Source: a virus (Duplodnaviria; Caudoviricetes). From it: a stretch of DNA of 64,000 nucleotides. Under the pieces are notes generated by a model. It had not been told where the DNA came from and did no database searches. It saw nothing but the letters and a program-made list of their open reading frames with translations. Of the stretch, positions 37,465 to 47,804 are shown piece after piece. The stretch's first letter is position 1. Every line of letters begins with the position of its first letter. Both the position numbers and the translations under genes were made by a program. The stretch spans positions 1 through 64,000 of the IMG/VR virus record IMGVR_UViG_3300042257_000094. One strand, 5' to 3'.

Positions 37465-37963
37465 TAATGATGATAAGAATAACAATAAAATCATTCCCAA
37501 ATTAAATACAACGGAGTTATCAAACAATGATTATGGAGTTATGTTTTGGGAGGCCACTCACAAGTGCTTATATAGTTGTCCCATGTGGGAAGATTGCCCT
37601 TACGCCGGAGTATCTATTAAATGTGATCTTTGTTATAGATTTCTTAATGAAGTAAAGAACGCGATTATCGTTTCTTTGGAGGATAATCGGGTTCAAGAAT
37701 ACCAAAAACATTTCTTAGGGACGGGGCTGTTCTCTCTCTGGAATCAGTGGATGCAATTGGAAATTATTCGTATATCATTGGAGTCCCCTATGTATAATAC
37801 ACCAAAAGGAGAACCTAAAGTTCATCCGGTTTATAAGGCGCAGCGGGAAGTTTTTGCAAGTATTAAGAATATATATGAATCTGTATTCGGTAAAGAAAAA
37901 GCACAACATATTGCGGATATAGATATCGGTGTAGATAGTTTAGAAAAAGCATTGAGATCATAA
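37451..37963 (+). CDS. terS: probable terminase small subunit
   Basis: TPKGEPKVHPVYK resembles the P27-family motif; upstream of TerL. Confidence 0.6.
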   Translation: MTMNNNDDKNNNKIIPKLNTTELSNNDYGVMFWEATHKCLYSCPMWEDCPYAGVSIKCDLCYRFLNEVKNAIIVSLEDNRVQEYQKHFLGTGLFSLWNQWMQLEIIRISLESPMYNTPKGEPKVHPVYKAQREVFASIKNIYESVFGKEKAQHIADIDIGVDSLEKALRS

Positions 37964-37975
37964 GGAGTAAGGTAT

Positions 37976-38170
37976 ATGACTTGCTATCGTAATGAAGAGC
38001 TAAGTGAGTTAGCTGGGATATATAAAGACAAACTGGAAGAGAGTCTTAATGAAGAGGGATACCCGGATGAACTACATTTTGAGGATGCGGGGGGAGAGGT
38101 AATTCGTTATTTGCGGGAGGGTGCATTTAACACAGATGATTATGACGAATATAAAATAGGGCGGTTGTAG
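37976..38170 (+). CDS. small acidic protein
   Basis: RBS; between terS and terL. Confidence 0.55.
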   Translation: MTCYRNEELSELAGIYKDKLEESLNEEGYPDELHFEDAGGEVIRYLREGAFNTDDYDEYKIGRL

Positions 38171-38183
38171 GGAGATAATTTGT

Positions 38184-40148
38184 ATGACAACAGTAAAACA
38201 GTTATCTTCGGAGGAGTATATTAGACAAAGGGACTTAATTATTGATCAATATGAAAAACAGAATATAAGTGAAGAAATATGTATTCGTAAACTTCAAAAT
38301 TTATATGCCAAGAGAGTTCCGCTTTATAGAAATGGTGGAACAGGATTTATTTTGTGGGCAGAAGAGAATGTCAGAGTTCTCGCGTATCTACCCGGAACAT
38401 CTATTCTCAAACCCACCTATCTTGCTGATTTGTCTCGTGAACCAGAGCCAATGACAGGAAGAACATGGTGGGATTTTTGGTGTTGGCAAAAAGATATTTG
38501 TCGGCAAGCGCTGAAACTTGACACAGACGGAAGACTCAAACATAACTTGGTTGTATTTTGTACAGAACGTGGTGAAGGAAAGTCCTTCATGGCGGTTCTT
38601 ATTCTTTTGTGGAAATTTACCGTATTCGCTAACCAACGTATATTTCTTGCGGCAAACTCAAAAGAACAGTCATCCTTTGCTCATCGTGAAGAAATGGATA
38701 AGATTATTAGAATTAGTCCGGTTCTACTTGCTCTTGTTGGAGGTGAAAAAAATATTCAGAAGAAAGAACTTGCAATCTATGATAGCCGGGGGTTGAAGAT
38801 TTCGTTCATTACAACCGTTTCTACTTTCACAGGTGTTCTTTCAAACGCAACAGGGTTCTCTTTTTCGGAGTTCTTCCAAGCAAAACCGGATGCCCCGTTC
38901 TTTAATGAAATCTATACCTCCATGCGTAACACACCTAACGCATTAGGTGTTATTGATTCCACTGTATCAACAAGAGACCATAAGTTATATAAACTTTATG
39001 AGGCTATTCAGAAAGGAGAAAAAGGAACAGATAGTTGGTTCTTTTACTATAAGTGTAACCCCACTGCTGATGTGAACAAGTATATGTCTCCAGCAAATAC
39101 ACAGAAACAGCTTGATGCCTTCCAAGCATCCACCGCAGCCAATCCAGTTGAATTTGATATGTTCTTCAAAAACACGTGGGATACAGCTCAGAAAGGCTTG
39201 TTCTCGGAAGAACTGGTAGATGCGTGTCATTATTTAGGTGCAAGTGGAAAACTACTGAATCAACAAGAGATAATGAAACAAAATGAAACATTAACTAAAC
39301 ATGTTTCAGATAATGTGTATGCTGACTATCAAGGATTTGAAAAACGCTTTAATCAAGATATTGTATATTTTGACAAGAAGGCATTAAAAGATATCGATGA
39401 GTATATTGCTCCATTGAATGAGATTGCTTATTTTGCCCCTGCGGATGCTGTTGCAAAACTTAGTGATCTTTTAGACACAGATTGGGCAATAGGACTTGGA
39501 CTTGATAGAAGTGACCCACTTGCAACTCGTTCTTCAGCACAGACAGTTTTAACTTGTGTTGCAAAAGGATTGCCTGGAAGTCGATCTAATCCACAGAAGT
39601 TTGTAGATATGTCAAAAGAAGATTATGACGCTCCTGATTATATTCATATTTTGATCGGTATTCATGTTTCTAGTAGTAGTAATAGTAATGACCTGCAAAA
39701 GATTATTAGTGAATGGGCCGATGAATATAACGGTATCGAATCGTTTTCTTCTGACCGCTATGGTGTAAGTGATTTGGCGGGGTGGTTGACGAGTGAAGAA
39801 ATTGTAGAAAAACCTGAAGTTGTTCATTTCTCACAACAGAAACAACAGGAAGTGTTTTCTATTCTCTATAACACCGTTGCCTATGGTAGATTCAAGATGC
39901 CAAGGATTCATATTGTTGGCGCAAAAGAAAGCGATATTCTTGTAGAGCAGCTCAAAAACTTTTCTGTTACTTATGATGGAAGAAAAGTGACTTATGGTAG
40001 TCCGGATAAAAAACACATGGGAGCGATTCAGGATGATGCTGTAGATGCACTTGCGATGGCTGTTTACGGCATGCGGTATTTGGGATTAGACGACTTTAGA
40101 TCGGTAGACGGTTCTTTATTTTTTGGAACGTATATTCCCCCACAATAA
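38184..40148 (+). CDS. terL: terminase large subunit
   Basis: WQKD..ERGEGKS Walker A, AANSKEQS, GLGLD nuclease Asp, QDDAVDALAM. Confidence 0.9.
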   Translation: MTTVKQLSSEEYIRQRDLIIDQYEKQNISEEICIRKLQNLYAKRVPLYRNGGTGFILWAEENVRVLAYLPGTSILKPTYLADLSREPEPMTGRTWWDFWCWQKDICRQALKLDTDGRLKHNLVVFCTERGEGKSFMAVLILLWKFTVFANQRIFLAANSKEQSSFAHREEMDKIIRISPVLLALVGGEKNIQKKELAIYDSRGLKISFITTVSTFTGVLSNATGFSFSEFFQAKPDAPFFNEIYTSMRNTPNALGVIDSTVSTRDHKLYKLYEAIQKGEKGTDSWFFYYKCNPTADVNKYMSPANTQKQLDAFQASTAANPVEFDMFFKNTWDTAQKGLFSEELVDACHYLGASGKLLNQQEIMKQNETLTKHVSDNVYADYQGFEKRFNQDIVYFDKKALKDIDEYIAPLNEIAYFAPADAVAKLSDLLDTDWAIGLGLDRSDPLATRSSAQTVLTCVAKGLPGSRSNPQKFVDMSKEDYDAPDYIHILIGIHVSSSSNSNDLQKIISEWADEYNGIESFSSDRYGVSDLAGWLTSEEIVEKPEVVHFSQQKQQEVFSILYNTVAYGRFKMPRIHIVGAKESDILVEQLKNFSVTYDGRKVTYGSPDKKHMGAIQDDAVDALAMAVYGMRYLGLDDFRSVDGSLFFGTYIPPQ

Positions 40149-40160
40149 CAAGGAAACTTT

Positions 40161-41384
40161 ATGCAAAAAGATTTTGTTCTCGACACGAATGTTCTTATTG
40201 ATAATCCAAATGCTATTGAAATTATTAGAAATGGAAAAGATGGAGGAGATGTAAATCATATCTGGATTCCTGAAACTGTATTGTCCGAACTTGATTCCCT
40301 TAAACGGAAAGATGGGTATAGGTCGGTAATAAAGAAAATAGCAGAGAACATTGAGAGAGGTATTGAGTATATTAATATTATCTATAATGAAACAGGCGGT
40401 CCATTAAACGATCCTTACATATACACGGATGTCTACGATAAGGCCGACGATAATATACTCTATTCAGTAATTGGTATTAAAGAGAAATACGGAACCGAAG
40501 CCATTCTTGTCACAAATGATAAATTAATGACAATCAAGGCACACTCTCTTGGTATTGAGGTACAGGATTTCAAAGAGAGCATTCCTTTTGACGAAGAACA
40601 CAAACTTAATACGGGGTTTGTTGATTCAGTAGAAGAGTTTGAATATCCGAATACGTTTTGTTGGGATTCTGGAACTCTTATTATGAAAAAGAGAGATGAT
40701 ATAAAACCTATCACATACACACATCAAGTATGGAAGACCAATCCTAAACACTATACGCAGAACGCAGCATTTGAACTTCTATTGGATGGGGATATTGATT
40801 TGGTATCTATGTCCGCTTCTGCCGGGATGGGAAAGACACACTGTGCAGTTGCTTCTGCACTCCATCATGTTCTTGAGAAGAAGATGTATGATAAGATTTA
40901 TATATTTAAGACAGTAGAAGATATTGGTCCTTCAATAGGATACCTTCCAGGCAGTCTCAATGAAAAACTGGAACCTTATGTAAAATATATTAAAAGCATG
41001 TTTTTCAAGTTACATAAACTTAGGAAAGGTAATAACAAGGTGTTTTTAGATGAACAGACACTAAACCCCGAGTTTGTAGAGATTCTTCCTTTGACATATA
41101 TTAGAGGAATGAACATCGACAATGCTTTTGTTATTATTGATGAAGCACAGAATATATCTAGACTCAATATGCGTTCCTTGTTGACTCGCATGGGGGATAA
41201 TGTTAAATGTGTTGTGTGTGGCGATCCCGATCAAGTCGATAATCCGAATTTGAACACAAAGAATAATGGACTTAATTGGATTATCAAATTGTTTAGTGGA
41301 GAGAAAAACTACGGACATATTACTTTAGGAGGAAATAAAAGTCGTGGACCCATATGTGATATGGTATTGAAAAATAAATTATAG
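40161..41384 (+). CDS. phoH: PIN-domain PhoH-family ATPase (PhoH2-like)
   Basis: VLDTNVL..ELD..ADD..LVTND PIN; AGMGKT, GYLPG, YIRG, IIDEAQN, GDPDQVD. Confidence 0.9.
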   Translation: MQKDFVLDTNVLIDNPNAIEIIRNGKDGGDVNHIWIPETVLSELDSLKRKDGYRSVIKKIAENIERGIEYINIIYNETGGPLNDPYIYTDVYDKADDNILYSVIGIKEKYGTEAILVTNDKLMTIKAHSLGIEVQDFKESIPFDEEHKLNTGFVDSVEEFEYPNTFCWDSGTLIMKKRDDIKPITYTHQVWKTNPKHYTQNAAFELLLDGDIDLVSMSASAGMGKTHCAVASALHHVLEKKMYDKIYIFKTVEDIGPSIGYLPGSLNEKLEPYVKYIKSMFFKLHKLRKGNNKVFLDEQTLNPEFVEILPLTYIRGMNIDNAFVIIDEAQNISRLNMRSLLTRMGDNVKCVVCGDPDQVDNPNLNTKNNGLNWIIKLFSGEKNYGHITLGGNKSRGPICDMVLKNKL

Positions 41385-41489
41385 AAAAATAGAAAAAATA
41401 TATAAAAATAAAATAAAACTTGACTTTTTGTGAGGAAATTGGTATAATGTCGCCAGTTTCCTCATAATTTTTATAAAAGGAGAAATAGC

Positions 41490-43097
41490 TTGATAAACGA
41501 AAATACAATGACTTATGAAGACCGACTTAATTATCTGAGTAATATGTCTGATGATGAGTTTATGCAGAAGGGAATGTTCACGATGGCGTTTAATTCAAAT
41601 GATCCTTCTGGAGATATATCATCTTTGAGGACATTTGGAACCGCTGATTACTCCAATTATGGTATTCGGGAACTTCAGGCAGAGTTATGGTCTGCTTTTA
41701 ATAATAACCCACAAGTATCATCTGCTGTGCGAGATTATGTGGGAAGAATGGTGGGGTTTGGATTTGAAGCTTACTCAGAGATTCCGGACATTCAAGAGAA
41801 AATTGAAGAAATTTCTTTTGATTATCGTAATCGTCTTCCTGCCATGCTTCCTAAATATGTAGGACGTTCTCAGATTGAAGGGGAACTTTTCCTTGTTCTT
41901 ACCGTACATTCTGATGGTTTTGTAGAGATTGATTTCCGCGACCCATCTACGCTTGACACTATTGGGTATGATAATAGTGGTATTATTTTCCATCCACGAA
42001 AACCCGCCATGCCTCTTGCTTATCAGTTTGTATACCAAGGGGAGGATTCTCAGCAGCATTATGAACTTATTCCTAGTGTATATGTAGCGCGATATCCTGA
42101 AATGAAAAAACTGCTTGAGAATGATATTCACTATCAGGAATCATATATTAGTGAAAGTAAAACTACTAATAGAAAATTTAACAAGGTTGGTGGGTATAGG
42201 CGATTTGTAATTCAATGGGATCGTGGTTGGTTAACATCTCGCAATCTGTCGTATATCCGAACCGTTCTCACTTGGGTTAATCTTTATGAACAACTTAAAA
42301 CGTACGAAATTAACCATAAAAAGAGCGCAGGATCATACCTGTGGGTACTTGAACCCGAAGACTTGAAGACTTTTAGGGCGTGGGTTGCCATGTCCGATGA
42401 AGAGAGAAAGAAGACGGGAATTATGCAAAAGAAGGAAGCAGGGGGTACTCTTATTGTTCCTCCGGGGTTTAAGTTGAAAGCGATTACGCCCAATCTTCCG
42501 CGCATCTCTGACTCCGATACGGACATTTTAGACTTTATTACTTCTGGTCTAAATACTACAGAAGATTCTCTTATGGGACGTAGTAATAGAAATAAGAGTT
42601 CTCTTTCTGAAACACATGGAACTCAAACGGATAGAATTAAAGATGAACTTGCCAATCTAGAAAGATTCCTTCGATTTGATTTTTGGGGCAACATTCTTTT
42701 TCTTTCTGCGGCGGTAGATAGTTCTTTTAAATATGAATATAAGATTAAAAAGGCTGTTGATTTCAATAAGAACACCAAAGAACCTGTTTTTAAGTTTAAG
42801 AAATTCAACGCAGAACGTCTTGTTGACTTTGCTTTCCCACAATCGCAGAATAGTGGTGTAGAAGAAACTGTTAGGGCATATCTTGGCAGTAAACATGGAC
42901 CTATTACTAAATCTCTTGGTATCCCGGCACAAGAAGTATCCCGTAGGTTAGGATTTAGTTCTTACCGGGAACTTAGACTTCGTAAAGCAGAAGAGGATGC
43001 ATTCTACCCCGAACTCAAATATGGCGTAGACGAAGAATCTGTTCAGGAGCAAGAGGAAGTCGAGAACTCAGTTACGACGCAAGAGAACGAGCAGTAA
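41490..43097 (+). CDS. portal protein
   Basis: 535 aa between TerL and protease; NNPQVSSAV..EGELFL; promoter TTGACT-17-TATAAT at 41420. Confidence 0.75.
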   Translation: MINENTMTYEDRLNYLSNMSDDEFMQKGMFTMAFNSNDPSGDISSLRTFGTADYSNYGIRELQAELWSAFNNNPQVSSAVRDYVGRMVGFGFEAYSEIPDIQEKIEEISFDYRNRLPAMLPKYVGRSQIEGELFLVLTVHSDGFVEIDFRDPSTLDTIGYDNSGIIFHPRKPAMPLAYQFVYQGEDSQQHYELIPSVYVARYPEMKKLLENDIHYQESYISESKTTNRKFNKVGGYRRFVIQWDRGWLTSRNLSYIRTVLTWVNLYEQLKTYEINHKKSAGSYLWVLEPEDLKTFRAWVAMSDEERKKTGIMQKKEAGGTLIVPPGFKLKAITPNLPRISDSDTDILDFITSGLNTTEDSLMGRSNRNKSSLSETHGTQTDRIKDELANLERFLRFDFWGNILFLSAAVDSSFKYEYKIKKAVDFNKNTKEPVFKFKKFNAERLVDFAFPQSQNSGVEETVRAYLGSKHGPITKSLGIPAQEVSRRLGFSSYRELRLRKAEEDAFYPELKYGVDEESVQEQEEVENSVTTQENEQ

Positions 43098-43099
43098 CC

Positions 43100-43228
43100 G
43101 TGGGAAAAATTAAAGGTATAGTAAACGACGAAGGACGAACTTGCACCGTGTGCGGTGAATTTAAGATGTGGGATGAGTTTTATGATTATAAAAGAGGCAC
43201 TAGAGGTAAGGAAAAAAATAATAGATAA
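43100..43228 (+). pseudogene. 42-codon remnant of the zinc-finger HNH family
   Basis: MGKIKGIVNDEGRTCTVCGEFKMWDEFY.. matches MEVIINEDGRTCNVCGKFKSWNNFY of 46534..47493, then stops. Confidence 0.7.
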
Positions 43229-43300
43229 AAAATAAAAAAAGTTATAAAAAGACTTGACAAACACATAATATTTTGATATAATACGCTATATCATTTATTC

Positions 43301-44500
43301 GTGAAAAATTCCCAATTTAATAAGGAAAACAATATGCCAGATAAATTTAAGGAAGTCCCTAAAGGGGCACTAAACCTGATTACAGAGAAAGATGCACACT
43401 GCTCTTTCTCTGTTAATGAAGGCGAAGAGTCCACGACAGATAACTTCAAGATGGTAGGGTATAGCGGTAAGATTATTCCTCAACATTGGTTTTGGGGAAA
43501 CCTTGCATTTGATTTAGATGGTTTCAAGTTCAATAAAGAGAAGTTTCCGATTCTTTGGGCACATGATGATAGAGATATGGATAATCTTCTTGGTTATTCC
43601 ACTACACCTAAGATTACAGATGAGGGACTTGTATTTACACAAGACGAAGTTACTTTTGTAGATAACGAACGCGTAACTCAATTTAAGGAATACTCTCGTA
43701 AGGGCGTTCCTTTTCAGGCTTCTATTCGTGGTAATCCTACTCGTATCGAGTATATTGAAGAAGGGGCTACCACTGAAGTCAATGGATATGAATTTGTCGG
43801 TCCCGGGCATATTTGGCGCGAAACAGAACTGGTAGAGTGTTCTGTGTGCCTGTTCGGCGCAGATGGAAATACTTCTTCACTTGTATTTACAGAGGATAAA
43901 GGGGAAATGGTGGAGCTAGATGCTTCTATTTTTATTTCATCCCCGAATGAGAATGGAAATCAAAATCACAACACGGAGAAAACTATGGATTATCTCACTT
44001 TCCGCAAGGAGCATCCAGAAGAAGCAAAGAAATTTACTGAGCTTGTTCTTGAGGATGCACAGAATAAGTTTGAATCTGAGAAGAGGGAACTTATCAAGGA
44101 ATACGGTGAAAAGGAAAAGGAATTTGCTGAAAAGGTTGAAGAACTTGAAGCAAAGGTGAAAGAGTACGAAAAAGAAAAACTTATTTTTGAAGAAAATTCC
44201 CGCAAGGAATTTGCTGAGAGGGTTTGGGGCGAAAAGCTGAAGGAAGCTGAAATTCCCGAACGCCTCCATGAAAAGGTCAAGGCTTTTGTTTCTGCTGAAA
44301 AGTTCGTTGGTGAAGACGGTTTTGACAAGGACTCCTTTGTTGCCGCTGTTGACAAGGAAATCGAATTTTGGGCCGAAACCAAGGAAGAGGAAAAGATTCA
44401 GGGTTCTGGTTCTTTCTCCAAGAAGCCCGTTTCTGAAAATGAATTTGGCGAAAAAGAAGCAGAAGATGCTGCCGATGCGCTGCTTTCTTTTGTACGCTAA
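43301..44500 (+). CDS. prohead protease with C-terminal scaffold-like coiled coil
   Basis: PILWAHD, FQASI, LVECSVCLFGAD; charged helical C-terminus; promoter TTGACA-17-TATAAT at 43254. Confidence 0.8.
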   Translation: MKNSQFNKENNMPDKFKEVPKGALNLITEKDAHCSFSVNEGEESTTDNFKMVGYSGKIIPQHWFWGNLAFDLDGFKFNKEKFPILWAHDDRDMDNLLGYSTTPKITDEGLVFTQDEVTFVDNERVTQFKEYSRKGVPFQASIRGNPTRIEYIEEGATTEVNGYEFVGPGHIWRETELVECSVCLFGADGNTSSLVFTEDKGEMVELDASIFISSPNENGNQNHNTEKTMDYLTFRKEHPEEAKKFTELVLEDAQNKFESEKRELIKEYGEKEKEFAEKVEELEAKVKEYEKEKLIFEENSRKEFAERVWGEKLKEAEIPERLHEKVKAFVSAEKFVGEDGFDKDSFVAAVDKEIEFWAETKEEEKIQGSGSFSKKPVSENEFGEKEAEDAADALLSFVR

Positions 44501-44519
44501 TATATAAAGGAGAATAATT

Positions 44520-45206
44520 ATGGCTATTACTGTTGCTGATGTTGTGACCTACGGCGATACTCCGCAAATTAATCGTGGTGTTCAGTACGATCAGGTCCAT
44601 TTATATACTGATGGGTTTCCCAATGATGCTACTATGTTCGCTTCTATTAAAATGAAAGCGGGATATGGCTGGATAGAAGCAGGAACTGTTGTTGCTGAGG
44701 ATGCTAATGGTGAGTTCGTTCCTTACGTTCCTACTACTTATTCGGATAACGTAGCAGTTTCCCCTCTCGTTGCAGATCATACTGCTGAGACTGCCACTGT
44801 TCAGGTTTCCGAACTTGAATCTGGTAAATATGCAGTTGGTGATGTGATCGTTCTTGCTAACGATGACCCCGATTATCTTGATGGTGGTGCTATTACGGAT
44901 ATTTCTGTTGCTAATGGTATCGCTACTATTACCTTCACTAATGCTTCCGGTGTGGGTGCAGATTTTACTACTGCAAAGAGCGCACATATTTACGTGAAGA
45001 CAGGTGCCTCCGGTAAGTTTTCTACTGCCGTATGTATCATTGATAAGCCTGTTGATACTGGTGTCGGTTCTAATGCGCTTGGCGCACAGGCTTCCGCTGT
45101 TGTTGCAAATGCCGTTATGTATGCGGCTCCTATGTTTAACCTCGATTCTGCTGCTCTCACCGCTCTTGGTGTAGCAAAGTTCAGCAATCGTGCATATATT
45201 AAGTAA
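44520..45206 (+). CDS. head decoration protein
   Basis: lambda gpD-like position before the MCP; AGTVVA..FVPY motif. Confidence 0.7.
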   Translation: MAITVADVVTYGDTPQINRGVQYDQVHLYTDGFPNDATMFASIKMKAGYGWIEAGTVVAEDANGEFVPYVPTTYSDNVAVSPLVADHTAETATVQVSELESGKYAVGDVIVLANDDPDYLDGGAITDISVANGIATITFTNASGVGADFTTAKSAHIYVKTGASGKFSTAVCIIDKPVDTGVGSNALGAQASAVVANAVMYAAPMFNLDSAALTALGVAKFSNRAYIK

Positions 45207-45218
45207 GGAGATATAACT

Positions 45219-46475
45219 ATGCCCAAGGGTTCCGTTATTCCAGAGTTGCACCTTAGCACTCTTCAAAAGTTTATCGAAAAATCCCAGACTCCACCTTCTA
45301 TGGTGCTGTCTAATATGTTCCCTACTAACAACGCGCCTAGCGACACAATAGAATGGGAAAGCCGCTACGGTTCTGCTGAAATGATTCCCTTCGTTGCTCG
45401 TGGCTCTCGTGGTCCTAGCTTCGGTGATGATGGTGTTGGTAAGCACTCCATGAAAGCAGCTTATTTTGCCACCGACAAATTCTACGGGGAGGAGTTCCTT
45501 AATAACCTCCGTCAGCCCGGTACTCGTGAGCAGAAGATGTCCGGTCAGTCTGAGATTGCTCGAGGTATGTCTCGCATGATGAACGCCGTTGATCGTCGCA
45601 GAGAGTACATGTTCAGTAAAATGCTGTTCGACGGGTCAATGTCTTACACTATCAAGGGTTCCTCTGCTGCCCCCACTTTTGCCTCTGTGTCTTGGGGTAT
45701 TCCTACCTCTCATCAAGTCACTCTTGGCTCTACCTCTTATTGGTATGGTACTTCTGCCGAAACTGCTGACCGCGATGTTTTTGCAGACGTATTTAACCTC
45801 AAGAACAGGCTTGCTGATTCCCTTGAGATGGAAGTTACTTCTCTCAATATGTTCCTTAACTCTCGACTTCTACAATCTCTTGTTAAGGATTCTGGTATTC
45901 GTGATCTGGTTCAGACTCAGAATATCTCCGAAGCCCAACTTGTGAATAATCCTGCTGGCACCATTGCTCAGATTCTCGGTGTCGGCTCTATTACTCCTTA
46001 TGATGCCTCTTACACCATCACCAGCCCTCTTGCACAGGCTTATACCTCCGGTACTACTATCTACGTTACTTCCCCTGAAGATTTCGTAGTGGGTGGTGAG
46101 GTTTGGCTCAAGAGTGGAGTTGACGGCGCAGCCGGTCCTCGTGCCACCATCACTGCGGTTAATATGGCTACTGGTGCTATCACTATTAGTGCGGCTCTTA
46201 CTGGTGTTACTGGTATTCCATTCAAGTCTCAACTTGCTATGCGCCAGTTCTTCTTAAGTCCTAAGAAGATTGTAGCAGTCGTGCCTAATGTTGATGGTAC
46301 GCCTATTGCTGAAATGATGCAAGCCCCTCACGGCAATGCTGGTATCTATGGTAAGCGTATGCGTACTAAGATGGAAGAGTATCCTGATGGTCAACGTCTG
46401 ATCATGGAGGACCTCTGCTTGCCCACGCTTTATTATCCTGCTGCTGTTTACCAACTGACTGTCCACGAAGACTAA
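45219..46475 (+). CDS. major capsid protein (lambda gpE-like)
   Basis: MFP..IEWE..IPFVARG, DRRREYM, LPTL; strong codon bias; followed by terminator. Confidence 0.85.
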   Translation: MPKGSVIPELHLSTLQKFIEKSQTPPSMVLSNMFPTNNAPSDTIEWESRYGSAEMIPFVARGSRGPSFGDDGVGKHSMKAAYFATDKFYGEEFLNNLRQPGTREQKMSGQSEIARGMSRMMNAVDRRREYMFSKMLFDGSMSYTIKGSSAAPTFASVSWGIPTSHQVTLGSTSYWYGTSAETADRDVFADVFNLKNRLADSLEMEVTSLNMFLNSRLLQSLVKDSGIRDLVQTQNISEAQLVNNPAGTIAQILGVGSITPYDASYTITSPLAQAYTSGTTIYVTSPEDFVVGGEVWLKSGVDGAAGPRATITAVNMATGAITISAALTGVTGIPFKSQLAMRQFFLSPKKIVAVVPNVDGTPIAEMMQAPHGNAGIYGKRMRTKMEEYPDGQRLIMEDLCLPTLYYPAAVYQLTVHED

Positions 46476-46482
46476 TTAAAAT

Positions 46483-46517
46483 AATAATGGGAGGGGTGAA
46501 ATTCCCCTCCCATTATT
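46483..46517. terminator. terminator hairpin after the MCP
   Basis: AATAATGGGAGGGG..CCCCTCCCATTATT. Confidence 0.75.
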
Positions 46518-46533
46518 GATAGGATTTTATTAA

Positions 46534-47493
46534 ATGGAAGTTATTATAAATGAAGATGGAAGAACCTGCAATGTATGTGGTAAGTTTAAATCATGGAATA
46601 ACTTTTATAAAAAATCAGGTGTTAGTACCGGAAGAGAAGCTAGATGTAAGGCATGTAGAAAAGAATATTTTGATAGTAGAAAAGATTTAAAGAAAGAATA
46701 CGATAAAGTCTATAATATAGGTAATAGAGATAGAAGAAAAGTATTAAATAGTCAATATTATATAGATCATAGGGAGGAAAGATTAGAATACCATAGAGAA
46801 TATCGAATGGATAATAAAGATAAAATAGCATCTCGAAAAAAAGAAAGATATAATGAAAATCCAGAATTATATCGAGAAAAGGCTAGGGAGTATTATAAGA
46901 ATAATCCAGAGTCCTACGCATCCCAGAGAAAATGGTATGGAGAATCCCCTGCTAAGTTTAAAACTTATGGACACAGATTACTTATTCAAGAAGACGAACC
47001 TACAGAAACAAAAGACGGATATATTGAAGTAAAATGTGCGCATTGTGAACGAAGATATATACCAAATACTAGAAGTGTCAGGAATAGAATTTGGGCATTA
47101 AATGAAGACAACGGGACAGAGAATAGATTTTACTGTTCGGAAGAATGTAAGATAGAATGTTCAGTTTATAGAAAACAAACATATCCAGAGGGATTCAAAA
47201 AGCCTCGCAAAAGAGAGTGCGGTGCTGAAATCCGAAAAATGGTACTAGAAAGAGATAATAACACTTGCCAATACTGTAACAAACAATTTGATGAAAAAGA
47301 TTTAATTGCTCACCATGAAAACCCGGTAGCTTGCTCTCCAATGGAGCAAGCGGATATACATAATATTAAAACCGCATGTAAGCGGTGTCATATTGATATT
47401 CATACAAACACACCGGGAATGGGGTACGGTGAATTAGCAAAGACGGCATTAATTAACGAAGAGATTATTGAAACCTTAAAAGGAGAAAATTAA
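46534..47493 (+). CDS. HNH endonuclease, one N-terminal zinc-finger module
   Basis: GRTCNVCGKFK..CKAC; RDNNTCQYC..AHHENP..TACKRCH. Confidence 0.88.
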   Translation: MEVIINEDGRTCNVCGKFKSWNNFYKKSGVSTGREARCKACRKEYFDSRKDLKKEYDKVYNIGNRDRRKVLNSQYYIDHREERLEYHREYRMDNKDKIASRKKERYNENPELYREKAREYYKNNPESYASQRKWYGESPAKFKTYGHRLLIQEDEPTETKDGYIEVKCAHCERRYIPNTRSVRNRIWALNEDNGTENRFYCSEECKIECSVYRKQTYPEGFKKPRKRECGAEIRKMVLERDNNTCQYCNKQFDEKDLIAHHENPVACSPMEQADIHNIKTACKRCHIDIHTNTPGMGYGELAKTALINEEIIETLKGEN

Positions 47494-47494
47494 A

Positions 47495-47785
47495 GTGAAG
47501 GTAAAGACACTTAAAACTGTTTCTGCATTTGGAGAAACCATTACCAAAGACAGTCTTTTTGAAGGTGATATTAAAGATTTCCCTAAGTGTATTCAAAAAG
47601 AAATCGAAGTTGGTTCATCTACTGTAGAAATCCTTGAAAAAGAAAATAAGAAAGAAGAAGTAAAAGAAGAACCTAAAGAAGAACCTAAAGAAGAACCTAA
47701 AGAAGCCTCCAAAGAAGAAAAGAAACCTGAGCCTAAGACCGTAAAGAAAGGTCGCCCGAAGAAAAAGGTCGCCTCTAAGAAATAA
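47495..47785 (+). CDS. small head-module protein with EEPK repeats
   Basis: GAAGAACCTAAA three times; K-rich tail. Confidence 0.65.
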   Translation: MKVKTLKTVSAFGETITKDSLFEGDIKDFPKCIQKEIEVGSSTVEILEKENKKEEVKEEPKEEPKEEPKEASKEEKKPEPKTVKKGRPKKKVASKK

Positions 47786-47804
47786 ATAGATATGGGGAAG
47801 GAAA

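Noticed and set aside
44601-45446. 281-aa antisense ORF over the capsid genes
   Set aside because: Expected shadow of strongly biased codon usage on the plus strand
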